Shown here one piece after another: positions 1 to 12,600 of a DNA stretch of 64,000 bases (within the stretch, counting starts at the first letter, position 1; each line of letters starts with the position of its first letter). The translations under genes were made by a program, and so were the position numbers. The notes beneath the pieces are model-generated. The model was not told where the DNA came from. It did no database searches and saw nothing but the letters and a program-made list of their open reading frames with translations. Source of the DNA: Histomonas meleagridis 2922-C6/04-290x (taxonomy: Eukaryota > Protista > Parabasalia); contig JAANOX010000071.1 of NCBI GenBank assembly GCA_020184695.1, positions 118,313-182,312 on the forward strand. The letters run 5' to 3'.

Positions 1-111
1 TCACATTATTTTTGTCCTTACGCAATATTATTCTAGTGAATAAATTTATATCAATAACGAAAATGTTAACTTATGGCATAACGTTGTACAATAACTAGTT
101 ATCTTCTAATT

Positions 112-928
112 GATAATAACTAAAACATAATCTTTTAAACAATAATAAGTGAATGATAATCTTCAAAATAATAATGAGAGAATGATAATCTTCTAAATAA
201 CAATGAGTGAATGATAATCTTCTAAATATTAATAAGTGAATGATAACCTTCTAAATATTAATAACTAAAACATAATCTTCTAAACAATAATAAGTGAATG
301 ATAATCTTCAAAACAATAATGAGAGAATGATAACCTTAAAAATAATAATGAGAGAATGATAACCTTAAAAATAATAATGAGAGAATGATAACCTTAAAAA
401 TAATAATGAGAGAATGATAATCTTCTAAATAACAATGAGAGAATGATAACCTTAAAAATAATAATGAGAGAATGATAACCTTAAAAATAATAATGAGAGA
501 ATGATAACCTTAAAAATAATAATGAGAGAATGATAACCTTAAAAATAATAATGAGAGAATGATAACCTTAAAAATAATAATGAGAGAATGATAACCTTCA
601 AAACAATAATGAGAGAATGATAATCTTCAAAATAATAATGAGAGAATGATAATCTTCTAAATAACAATGAGAGAATGATAACCTTCAAAACAATAATGAG
701 AGAATGATAATCTTCAAAATAATAATGAGAGAATGATAATCTTCAAAATAATAATGAGAGAATGATAATCTTCTAAATAACAATGAGAGAATGATAACCT
801 TCAAAACAATAATGAGAGAATGATAATCTTCAAAATAATAATGAGAGAATGATAATCTTCTAAATAACAATGAGAGAATGATAATCTTCTAAATAACAAT
901 GAGAGAATGATAATCTTCTAAATAACAA
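112..928. repeat. 29-bp tandem minisatellite, about 28 copies
   Basis: Unit ATAA(C/T)CTT(A/C)(A/T)AA(T/C)AA(T/C)AATGAGAGAATG repeated head to tail, with several variant unit types. Confidence 0.95.
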
Positions 929-1029
929 CGCTGGAACATCAATATATTATTCAACGTTTAGATTTTTATATAATTCATTTCCATATCACATAACTATTAC
1001 GAAACAAAATTTCATTCAATTAGATTTAA

Positions 1030-2649
1030 TTAACGCAGAAGTGTATAGTTGAGTGGGTATGCCACCGATGTGTCCACACCTTCAATCAACTGATATAGAA
1101 AATCAGAAGCATTTTTTTTATAGCTTGCGATTCTATTTGGCTCTGTTTCTGTTGTTTTTACCAACAGCGGGCCGAATATATTTGCCAATTCGTTACTTCC
1201 CAACTTGTTAAACTTTTCGAACTTCACAATATGTTGTAAGAATCCAGTCAAGTACATCAGTGTATGCATGTGCGTCTTTGGCAACGCGTTTGGGATATTT
1301 AAATATTTCCCATTTTCGCACAACAAATTAAATTCGGGCAAAAACGACATTGGTATTATTGAGTTTGTTAGTTGTTGGAACCATAACTTAATCAATGCGC
1401 ATAAGTCATATAAGTTCATCTTTTGTAAACATGACATATCTTCATTTGCCATATTTGCATTTAAGTTGATTAATTTCTCTTGCCCAGGCTCAATAAAGAT
1501 CCCTTCTTCACGTAGACCATTCTTGTTAATGAAGAGTTGAGTCATATAATATAAGATATATGGAATGGGACATAATGGGACTTTCTTGCGTTGCGACCAC
1601 ATAATTTCATAGATCGATGTATTGAATTGCTTTGAGTATTTGTCGGTTTCAAACAATTCTTTGATGCCATTTTGCTCAATGACATCATAGTCTTCAGCTC
1701 GTCCAATACAACACCGACTTTCGAAACGGATGTACGCAAGTTGGGCCATCTCTTTCACTTTCTGACTCTCGTTTTCATCAAGGGCAGTATGTGCAATATG
1801 TGATAAGATATATAATTGTGAGTCGCGTGTGGATGGGAAAAGTGATGCAACGACAAGGAAAAGTTCCCACGTACGTCGCAAAATATCTTGGTTAGGTGTA
1901 TTGGTCGTTTGAGATATGAGTTGGAAAAAAACTTCATCACGAAGGGCTGTGTATTGGCAGAGAAGCATTACTAGCTTGGTGAGTGCACGGTCTGCCTTTT
2001 CATCTGCATTTTTCTTGATGGTTATTACACGACTATATTTGAGAATGCACTTGAAAGCTTTGAGGGCAATTGGTATAACATCCCTAGGAAGACGACAAAG
2101 GATGGGTTTGGTGATTGGTTTTGATGTGAATTTGATAACATTATCAAATGAATACATCTTTCGGAAGAAGATGGATTCCTTTTTGTGTTGTTTGAAATAT
2201 CGCTCACGGAAATCAGGATCATTGAATGCATCAATACTTCGGAGAAACATGTTACGATCAAAGGATGGTGGAGCAGCACCATCTTTAGCTTTTTCTTTTT
2301 GTACATTTGCTGAAGCTCTAAGAAGTGATAGAGGCGTTGAAACAATACAGGAAAGCTCGAGCGATAGTTCAATGACACTTTCTCTTGGAGGATTGATTTT
2401 GGAATCTTCTTTTGGTACTTCAGGAATTCCAATTTTGCTTCGAAAAACTATTGGCTTATCATTTTCATCTACCCAATTTCCAGGAGGGACGTGAAGTAGA
2501 GATTTCGTATTTGGGTCAAAAATAAAACCATATGAAGGAAATTCGTAAGATACTGACGAATCACTTGAGTCATAATAATAGTATTGGCCATCCTCGTCTT
2601 TATATGCTAAAAAATCATGGATTTCGTCTTGTTCGCTCATGTTGTCCAA
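1030..2649 (-). CDS. MyTH4 + RhoGAP domain protein with WW-like N-terminus (ARHGAP39-like); likely ATG at 2640
   Basis: MyTH4 motifs (LRDEVFFQLISQTTNTP, WELFLVVASLFP), RhoGAP-like C-terminus (LIKLWFQQL, NKLGSNELANIFGP), and aromatic WW-like N-terminus (YYYY...SYEFP). Confidence 0.85.
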   Translation of the reverse strand: MDNMSEQDEIHDFLAYKDEDGQYYYYDSSDSSVSYEFPSYGFIFDPNTKSLLHVPPGNWVDENDKPIVFRSKIGIPEVPKEDSKINPPRESVIELSLELSCIVSTPLSLLRASANVQKEKAKDGAAPPSFDRNMFLRSIDAFNDPDFRERYFKQHKKESIFFRKMYSFDNVIKFTSKPITKPILCRLPRDVIPIALKAFKCILKYSRVITIKKNADEKADRALTKLVMLLCQYTALRDEVFFQLISQTTNTPNQDILRRTWELFLVVASLFPSTRDSQLYILSHIAHTALDENESQKVKEMAQLAYIRFESRCCIGRAEDYDVIEQNGIKELFETDKYSKQFNTSIYEIMWSQRKKVPLCPIPYILYYMTQLFINKNGLREEGIFIEPGQEKLINLNANMANEDMSCLQKMNLYDLCALIKLWFQQLTNSIIPMSFLPEFNLLCENGKYLNIPNALPKTHMHTLMYLTGFLQHIVKFEKFNKLGSNELANIFGPLLVKTTETEPNRIASYKKNASDFLYQLIEGVDTSVAYPLNYTLLR

Positions 2650-2663
2650 TTTTTTTTCTGATA

Positions 2664-2671
2664 AAAGTGAC
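2664..2671 (+). promoter_or_regulatory. AAAGTGAC (Trichomonas M2-like motif) near the RhoGAP start; also at 31680-31687, 33906-33913 and 58625-58632
   Basis: Exact 8-mer in intergenic DNA; three of the four copies lie within about 45 nt of a start codon. Confidence 0.5.
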
Positions 2672-3577
2672 GCTTTTTTGATTTCACTTTGGATAAAAGA
2701 ATTTTATTTTATGCAATGATCGGCAAATTTGTATCTTTTTGCCATTTTTCATTCAACCTGATGGATAATTTCGAATATATCGACATGAAAATTATGGTAC
2801 TAATTATTATATGTAAGATTTCGCGTAAAACCTGATATATATGCCAAAATGTGTTTATTTGTTTTTTCTTCATAAATAAAAGTCTTGTTATTCAAAAAGT
2901 TGATTTTTGTTTGAAACGCTCTGGAATTTTGAATACGAATTCAAAGAGGACAAACCCCCAACGCCAAACCCCAATTTGAAAACGATGCTTGCTACATGTT
3001 TAATTAATAATTTTCTATATCAGTCATATATCATTATGATGGTTATTTTTTTCTTAACTCCAATTAATAGGATCTAAAGAAAACCAAAATTAAGGATTAA
3101 TCCTTTATCAAACAAATAAAATGAATTTTTCTTATGAAAAACACTGGAATTTGCTAAATGATACAACAAAATACATCAATCATTCCTACAACCCGAATAC
3201 AATCCAAGGAGATTTTCATTAAAATCATTTTCTTGTTTATTCTGTAAACAGAGGGAATGAATCATATTTGAAAGAAAAACGATAAAAGGGATGACCCCAT
3301 TTATATAAACTAGTCAATCCTTCTTTGTCACTTTTCATCTTCGTCCAAATAAAAATCCTTCATACAAGAAGACTATGAATGAGAATTTTCTTTTGTCTTG
3401 TTGTTTCGAACAATTTTTTGATGAAGTTTTTCTTACTATACACTTTATAATATTATTGTATTCATGCATTTACATTAGAGCTAACTGATAATATAAATAA
3501 CAGAGATACAAGCAAAATATTAATACTAGTAAATAGGGTATAGTGTGTGTTATCGTTGGTATATATTTCAAATATCG

Positions 3578-3838
3578 TCAAAATGTGACATGAAGACAAG
3601 CGAATGATTTGATAACAAAAAAATGATATAGGATAAAATAATGAAAAATTTGTTCAATCATTTTCTCAATTAAATAATAGGATTCTTGTGTGTTCTTTAT
3701 AGATATACGTTTGATAAAATTTGAGATGAGTTTAACGATATTTTGATTAATTTCTTCTTCTTTCGTTTGGGATGTTTTTAAAAAATTTATGTCAATATCA
3801 GACACATACTTTTGTGATGAAAATGAATAATAAGCCAT
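3578..3838 (-). pseudogene. Remnant of the N-terminus of a DUF3447-type ankyrin gene
   Basis: INFLKTSQTKEEE...TQESYYLIEKMIE matches INFLKQIETKEKE...TQESYFLLDRMIK of the paralog at 29023-29988; the rest of the gene is missing. Confidence 0.6.
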
Positions 3839-4628
3839 GTTACTTATAATAAAAATGATATATATATTATTATTAGTTTTTAGGAAATTGGTTTTTTTTA
3901 AATTTTTTTTAAATAAAGAATAACAATATTTTCTTTTTTATATATAAAGGTAAAAACTATCTAATACTTGGAAATTATCTAAAGGTTTGGTGTAATTTTC
4001 CATTTTTCATTCAAATTAAAAATGTTAAATCTTTAAAATTATTCAAAATTCTTTTTTATAATTTCAAAATTTGATCTATTAAGTATTAAACAAACTATAA
4101 TTTAAATATATAATGATTTTCTCTGATAATTTTTATAAAGTATAATTATTAAATTAAGTGCTTGATAAAAATTATGATAAAAATCAATGATTATAATGGA
4201 AAACTAAACGCATTATTAAGCATATTTTATTTTCGTATTTCATAAATTTTTTCAATAATTATTATTATACTTATATATATGATATTTTTGAAATTTGTAG
4301 AAAGTAAATTTTTAAAATCAATTCAGGTATATCATTTATAAGATTCATTAAGTAACAAATACATAAATCAAATATATTGTTCCATGGAATATTTTCGATA
4401 AATATTGAATATTTTATTAATAAAAATTTGAAAAAAAGAAAAGAGAACGTTGTTAATTAATTAATTCGTCAAAAATCAGGTGAGGTGAGCATGGTTGTTA
4501 TAATTTACTTATAAAATTTCCAGGCGCCTGTGTCTTTAGAATATATCAACTTCAGCCTAATGAGAATGACACTATGCGTGTTTAAACACAGGGCCTGTTG
4601 CTAATCTGTAATCAGAATTTGACAATGT

Positions 4629-5300
4629 TTGTTTGAATTCAAATCCATGCTTCGAGGAAGCATATACACACAGTGCTGCAGTTTCACAACTAAGGTAATG
4701 AAAGACCCTCTCTCAGCACCATTTAGAGAACCAGTGTCTACAACATTAACAGAAAGTCAATATGCAGAATATAAACAATTGATTGAACATCCAATGGATT
4801 TAAAAACATTATACGGGAGGCTAAAAGAAAGAGATTACTATCAGACAGTTCAAAGTTGGGGAGAAGATTTTTGTTTGATTTTTGATAATGCAATTAAATA
4901 CAATTCTCTTGATTCCTACATATCAGGAATTGCATTATTTTTCAAAAAGAAATTTGACAAGTTTTATTCTCTTATTACAATGGGGTCTGCAACCATGTAT
5001 TCTCAAAGATTAAATTTATTATATTCACATTATCTAGAAGTATTAGCACATCCTCCTAAGAATTGCGATATTCACTCGTCTCAAGTTCCAATCGAAATGA
5101 TGAAAAACGGATTTGAAGAATCTTCATTAGCTATTTTGGCAGATAAACTTAATTCTGTCAATATCAAAAATAAAGAAGAAGAGTTGGGAAAGATCATTGA
5201 CATTGATCCGCAATCACGAAATGAAGTAAAAATCGATGTAGGGTCATTACCAGAAGAAAAGATCAAATCTCTCTGGAAATTTGTTCGCAAATTCACATAA
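4629..5300 (+). CDS. Bromodomain protein (likely ATG at 4647)
   Basis: PLSAPFREPV...YKQLIEHPMDLKTL...LIFDNAIKYN bromodomain signature; ET-like C-terminal tail. Confidence 0.9.
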   Translation: MFEFKSMLRGSIYTQCCSFTTKVMKDPLSAPFREPVSTTLTESQYAEYKQLIEHPMDLKTLYGRLKERDYYQTVQSWGEDFCLIFDNAIKYNSLDSYISGIALFFKKKFDKFYSLITMGSATMYSQRLNLLYSHYLEVLAHPPKNCDIHSSQVPIEMMKNGFEESSLAILADKLNSVNIKNKEEELGKIIDIDPQSRNEVKIDVGSLPEEKIKSLWKFVRKFT

Positions 5301-5455
5301 CTTTTCTTCTGATTTCCCTTTTGTAATGCATCGATAATGTAATAAAACATATTTCATATTTATTTTAAATAGTCGAAATTCAAAATCATATTTTCACTTT
5401 GTGTTATTAACAAAAATAAATAAAAAGTGTAATTGATGAGAATAAATCAGGATTT

Positions 5456-5863
5456 TTATTGTTCTTCCTTCTTCATTCTGCAGCCAGCATTGTAAACGAA
5501 GATATTCTTTTCTTGTGCAGCCTTTTCAATTTGACGGCGAAGCTTTCCTCCAACAGCATGATGAATAACTGCGCAATACTTTGTGTTGTTGGTGAACAAT
5601 GGTTCAAGTTCTTTTACATTATGAACGATAACTGGTCTGAAACCATTTGGAAGCATATACTTTGTTTCTTTATCGCTTCCATAACCGCATTTTGGATGTG
5701 CTGGTGTTCCGCGTTGGTTCTTACGAAATCTTGAATCAATACCACGAGTAAGACGCCAGCTAGACTTAACACGAACAAAAAGATCTGATTGGATACGATT
5801 GAACCTTGTCTTTTTCTTCTTTATGATTGGCTTGTGTTCAGCAGCAACAACGGTGGTAGACAT
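5456..5863 (-). CDS. RPL32: 60S ribosomal protein L32 (eL32)
   Basis: IIKKKKTRFNRIQSD...SWRLTRGIDSRFR...GYGSDKETKYMLPNGF. Confidence 0.97.
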   Translation of the reverse strand: MSTTVVAAEHKPIIKKKKTRFNRIQSDLFVRVKSSWRLTRGIDSRFRKNQRGTPAHPKCGYGSDKETKYMLPNGFRPVIVHNVKELEPLFTNNTKYCAVIHHAVGGKLRRQIEKAAQEKNIFVYNAGCRMKKEEQ

Positions 5864-5867
5864 TTGG

Positions 5868-5886
5868 AAAGGCTGACCAAACCGTT
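5868..5886 (-). promoter_or_regulatory. M3 + M5 core promoter of RPL32
   Basis: Sense AACGGTTTGGTCAGCCTTT just before the ATG; matches Trichomonas M3 (RCSGTT) and M5 (CCTTT). Confidence 0.7.
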
Positions 5887-6019
5887 TTTTGTATTGAAGT
5901 TAACGGTCGAAAAGTGTTCTCTTATAATTTTTGTGGTTACAATTTGTATAACTGAAAGAGGTGATGAATTAAGCAAATGATTTTATTTTCACGTATGCGA
6001 TAAATTGAGCAGAACGTTT

Positions 6020-6185
6020 GAAAATACAGAATTTTATGTTGAAAAAAGAGGCAGTCAAATACCAATTATTATATATGGAAATAGGTGTGATTTCAATGAA
6101 GAAAGGGCTGCATCTCAATCTGATAATAAAGCACAACATTTTATTTTTCATCAGGATGATGAAAAAACAAGCAAAAGAAAAGAAT
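6020..6185 (+). pseudogene. Deleted remnant of a Ras-like GTPase paralog
   Basis: ENTEFY..KRGSQIPIIIYGNRCDFNEER..SQ aligns with the gene at 13499-14035; downstream DNA matches its CAGAATGATGAGAAAA and ACAAGAGAAAG segments with large gaps. Confidence 0.75.
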
Positions 6186-6680
6186 CTGCCTACATATTAA
6201 ATATGTTTTCATATCTAAAATAATCTAATAAAAGATATTCTATCTCTTTCTATATGAAAAATAAACAAAATTATTGAGGTATCTTCATTTTTTTAAAAAA
6301 AATTTTATGATAATTTTATGAAATAATTTTTTATATATCTAATGTTTACTGTGGTAGTAATAGCATTACACATTAGTATTATTTTATAAAAAGTATGCTC
6401 AATGCATTTTAAATCAAATTAATTATGTATTAATCGACTTTTCATATTTCCCTTGTTCGAGTAAAATATTTTTCATTGGAAATTAATTATCCAGAATTTT
6501 AAGATATTTTTCTTGAACAAATTGAAAAGATGATTAATGATTTTTTTTCATATAGTAAAATGTTTTAAAAAATAGCAAGATTACATGCTTAACTTTCATT
6601 TTCATGTGTTTTATGACCATTTATTATATATTGCTGGAACAAGAACGAGATGGCATTTTGAATAAACGTTCATCTCAAAG

Positions 6681-9600
6681 ATGGAAAATCCCTTAATTTC
6701 AAGCGAAGAACTTGAAAAAATAAATGATCCTGATCAAAAAATAGAGTTCCTAAAGTCATGTCTTCCAAAGTTTATTCAATACTTCTCCTCCAAAATGAAT
6801 CAAATTCCATCAGAATCAGATTTACAAAGTATGAAAGATTTAGCAAACAAAATGTCAACTATCCTTGATCACTTAAATCCAGGAGATTATCGTACAATTG
6901 TCAAGATAATTTTAATTTTTAATCATTTTCATTTTCAATTCCTTTTTGATGTAAAACCATATGTAAATTTCTTTTTAAGTTCCATTCTTGATGACAGTTT
7001 GTGTAGAGAAAAAGATTTTCTTGAAGCTTTACATATTTTATTTTCAGATACAAATTTTTGTAATCAACTGCTTGAACAAGATGGTCTTGATCTTGTTTAT
7101 GACCGATGCTATTCAACAATTTCAAATGGTAGCCCTGGTCCACTTATTCATATTCTTCCATTATTTTATACCAAAGAATTAATTAATTCAATATCTTATA
7201 AGAAGCCACATTTTGTACTTGATCAAATATGCAAAATGCTTCAGTTTGCCACCAACGATACTTTATCAGTAATTCTTTATCATATTGATACTCAAAGATC
7301 CATATCAAAAACGAATGGTTTTCCTACGTTTACAAATGATTCGCTTGAGACAATCAATAATATATTAGTCCATAGTAATTATAATGTTATTTGGGAAATA
7401 TATCGTTCGATCTTATATGATTCCAAACATGTTAACTCTAATTTTTTACCATTTTTTAATTCTTTATATCAAATGCCTGAATTATCAACTGAAATTAAAC
7501 TTAAAATTCTTCAGAACATTGGGAATAAATCAATTTCATTAATAACTGATATTAATTTCGATATTTCGAATTGGTTTATACCTGAAATATGTACAGACAT
7601 TTTATTTTTTTTTGAGTTTAATAAAATATGTGGAATTTATTTAACGAATAAAACGAAAAACATTTCTTTGTTAATTAAAAAGTTTATTGATAATATTAAA
7701 TTACCAGTTAAAGAAAATGTTCTTTATAATCATATATTTAATTGGTTTATTGATTTAATACAAGTTTATGATATTAATTCAAATGATTTTAATGATAAAT
7801 ATTTCATTGATGTTTTCATATTAAATTTAAAAATTGATGAAATTTATAACATTGGTAATGTTTATAATGTTTTTTTGAGTTTGTTACAAATCATTTTTGA
7901 TATAAATCGAAATAAATATAATTTTGAGTCATATTATAAATATGTTGAAATTGTTATACATTTTAAATTAAAAATTAACTTAGAAATTACCGAAATAATT
8001 AAACAAAACTTTTCTTCTTTTTTTGATATAATCATTGATAATTTAAATAATAGAAATATACAAAAATTGTTACAGAAATTATTTATAAAAAAGGAATTTG
8101 TTGATGAATTAAAATATTGTGACTTAAATATATGTTTAAATAATGAAAACAATTTAATTAATTTTTTAACTTTTTTTAAAGATTATAATTATTATCATTT
8201 TATTGATGAATGGATTCAAAAACAATCGAAAAAAAGTTTAATATTTAAATTATCAAAAGAAATTATCGAAAATATTATAATATCATCGAATAAAATTTTA
8301 TTAATTCCTTCTTTGTTACCATTATGTAATGAAATAAATATAAACTTTGAATCTGATTATAATAATTATTTAATTGGAAGATATTCTATACCAATATATA
8401 ATAAACTTAAAATCGATTATACGAAAATATTAAATATGAATAATATAATGAAATGTTATATAGATCCAAATGATTTATTATATTTAATCGAAAATAAAAT
8501 CGATATAGTAAATGATTATTTTAATAATTATGAAGAAAAGTTTTCTGAATTTGAATTTTTTTCGAATAATTATGTTTTGTTTAATAAAGAATTTGATTCG
8601 ATTGTATTTGATTTAAAATTTATTGAACCGAAAAATGATGAAATGTATGAATTATTTATAATTAATAACAGTATTATAATATCAATAAAAAATAACTTTA
8701 TATTTGCGAATAATAAGAAAATCGCAATGATTAATTTTAACAATTGGATACAATTTACTATAACATCATCTAAAATGCCTTCAAAGACATTTTTTTATAT
8801 AAACAATAAAGCTATTTTTTATGAAAAAGGTACATTAAATGAAATAATAATTGGAAGTAAAAATAATAAATCAGCACATTTCTATCTTCGATCATTAATA
8901 TATACATTTCCTTATCAAATTGTTCAAATTAAACGTTTAGAAGAATATCAAACAAAAGAAAATATTACAAAAATTGATGAAACAAATTCGAATTTTATAT
9001 TCATACCAATATATTCATTATCTACTATTTTTTCTGATTTATATTATCTTAATAAAATATTTGAACTTTTTGATCATGAAACAAATGAAACTCAAAAAGA
9101 TAAAATATTAAAATTATGTTCATTAATATCAAAAGTTTTACCGAATTATTTACAACATTTCTATTTTAAACGATTTATATTTTCATTAACTAATATCGAA
9201 GGAACATTTCCATTTCAATATATATCATATTATCTTGATACATTAAATAATATTACTTCGATTAATGATCGAACTGAATATTTTTGTTATTTATTATTCG
9301 ACATTCAATTATTATTTTCAATGTCTAAAGATTTATTATCAGAGTTCTTTTATCATGGATTATTTCCAATATTATCAACAAAGAAAAAAATTTTAAATTA
9401 TGAAATTATTGAATCGAAAAATGTTTTTTTGTTTTATTATTTTTTAATTTTAATTTTCGATAATAAAGTAATTACACAACATATTATACCATTATTAACT
9501 TATATCGGTTCACAATTCCAAAGTTTTAATTTGTTAAAAGGATTAAAATCAATTATATTATATCAAAACTTATTAAATATTAGTTCATCTATTGATTGTG

Positions 9601-12600
9601 AACATATTAATTCTTTATTAAGTTTATTCTTCATTAAAAGTAATCATCAAAAAGAAATATTTATATTACTTGAAAACTTCCAAACGAATTGTAAATATCA
9701 AATCTTAAATGAAAAAGAGATTTTAATAATCGCTTTAACATCATCTAAAAAATGTATATTAAAGTTTATAATGCAATATTTAAAAAAATTAAGCAATTTT
9801 ATTAATATAAATCATTTGCCTTTAATTTGTAAAGTAATTCAAAGGTTTTATAAACATGAAATTATATTTTCTTTAATTATCGAATTAATAATCGATGGGA
9901 AATTTGATTTTGATAAGAATTATCATTTATTAACAATTAAAAAACCAATTTTTTTGCCAATTTTATATTCGTTTTTAATATCAGTTTCAAAAATTTCACC
10001 TTCGTTATATACACAAAAGATATATGAAGTTGTTTATATATTATTTGAAAATCAATATAATTTATTATATGATAAACAAAATTTACCATTTTTAATCGAA
10101 TTATTAAATGGAGGAATAATAAATATATTAAATACATTTAAACCAAAAATTTTCGATTATTCAAATTTGGTAACATTTACACAAAATGAAATTTTAATTA
10201 TGAATAATACATTTGATAATGGTTATAATATATTTTCATCATTATTAAAACAATTTCTTGATAAAATCATATTAAACAAACCTTTTCCAGATCAATTTCT
10301 CTTGTTTTTATCTAAATTATTTTCAAATTCATTAATATATTTCATTAATAAAAAAGCAACGACAAGTTTTATAAATAATTTACAACTTTTATGTAATTAT
10401 TCTGATCCACAAATCTTATTACATATAATATCAAATATATTTAAGAATTTAAGGAATTGTGATCAAATAATATATAAAAATTTATCATATTCGATTGATT
10501 TTTGTTTAGAGAAATATCAAAGTTATTTTAATAATGGAATGTTTTGGAGTCAAGTAATTTTATTTTGTTCGACTTCTCCAAAGATATTTATTGAATTTCT
10601 AAATGTTTTTATAAATAACTTTAATAATATTCCGAATGAAATGTTAACTTTATTATTCGATTTATTAAATGCAAACATTGAAACGTTTTTAGTTAAAAGT
10701 TATCGAATTAAAGCGATAATTTTATTATATTTGTTTCTAAAATCGAAAGTTAATCCACCACAAAACTTTACCAGTAAATTTTATATAATAATTAAACGAA
10801 TTGTTAAAGAAGAATATCCCGAAAATTCACAAAACATGATAATAAATCAAATTTCCATTTCTAATTCATATGAAGAACTATTACAAAAGGAAATAAATTT
10901 TGATGAATTCCAACAAATTTATTCAAATGATCAAATCGATCGAAAAATATTATTATCGAAGTATAAATTAGAAGAGCAAATCTTAAATCTATTACATGAA
11001 AATATTATAACAAATATATATAACATCGCTATAATATCATCCGTAAAATCATTACAATTAATTCGTGAGTTTTCAAACATTATAAATATAAACACACGAA
11101 ATTTAGAGAATACATATTCAATAATACAAATGTTCGAAATGTGTTCCAAAAGTTTTACATCAAAACCAAAATCATTCCGAATTTCGCCATTTGTTTCATC
11201 AACAAACATTTGTCGAAAGATTATATTACCATCGATTTTCCCAATTAAAACACCAAATGATTCAACAGCACAAGAAACAATTAAACCAAACTCAACAAAA
11301 TATTCATTTATGCATTTTAAAGCGATCATTGAAGAATATCCATCATATTTACCTAAAGACTTATTTAAATATTCACAAATATTCCAATGTGTATCAGTTT
11401 TACAACTTTTCTCGAATGTATTTCCTGGTTATAACCAAATAATTCCATGTAAAATCATTCGATTTGATTTAAATGTTCCGTCAATTATATTCAAATATGA
11501 AAATTCATTTCGAATATTATTAAATTGTAATTATAAAAATAATGACATCGAATTATTACCAAATTTATTAGTTAATTTGATTGAATCGATTTTATTAGGC
11601 GAATTAGGTCAATATTCAATGTTTTGTGGTCATTTCGTTTTAATAATACAAAACTTTAATATAATCTCTTTGTTGCCTTATAATTATGCATCAATCCAAA
11701 CATGTTATGAATTAACAACTGAAACTTTCGGCTCATTTATTATACAAACAAATAAATTTAAAATTCTTCCAGAAATTAAACAGAAAAATTTCCCTTCGTT
11801 ATCTATCGTAATGAATGATTGGATAAATGGAAAAATTTCAAATTTCGAATATATAAAATTCGTGAATCTTTTCGCGGGTCGTTCTTTTTCTGATTTATGT
11901 TCTTATCCAATATTCCCTAAAGTGATTAAAGATTATCAAAATGACGTCTTAACCTTCGACAATAATTTACGCGATTTTAATTACCCAATTGGGTCTGTTT
12001 TTAACCATAATGATCAATTAATCATAAGAAGATACGAAATGAGCAAATTCCATCACTCAGAAAACATATCAAACCCTTTAACGGTCTCGGGAACGTTAAT
12101 TAGAATTTTGCCATTTTGCAGAATTCAATGGTTTATAAATAAGGGGTGGGACATTAAGGAAAGAAACTTTTTCTCAATTCCTTTGGACTTTTCATTAAAT
12201 TGTACAACAAAATATGAATTCATCCCAGAGGTTTATTGTTTCCCTGAAATGTTTCTTAATTTAAACAATTTTGTGTTTCCTGATAATCAACCATATGATG
12301 TTAAAATGCCAAAATGGGCAAGTGATCCATTTAAATTCGTTGAGTTACATAAATATATTTTAGAAGATGAAAAAGTTCGTAAAAATTTAAATGTTTGGTT
12401 CGATTTAGTTTTCGGTGTATTAAACTTTGGTAACGAAGCTATTTCACATTTAAACACATTTTCAGAGTTATCTTATCAAGAACCAAATTGTTCACAAGAA
12501 AGAAGAGCACAAAAACATTTATGGATGACACAATGTGGACAATTACCTAATTTTATATTTGATTCGAAGCATCCGATTTCGAAGTCAATTCAAAACAATT

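Noticed and set aside
685-870. 61-aa ORF
   Set aside because: Translation of the 29-bp minisatellite (87-nt period); not a gene.
1205-2494. Antisense and alternative-frame ORFs overlapping real genes (also inside BEACH, SCY1, RPL32, RPL18a and others)
   Set aside because: Shadows of well-supported genes on the other strand or frame; no domain similarity.
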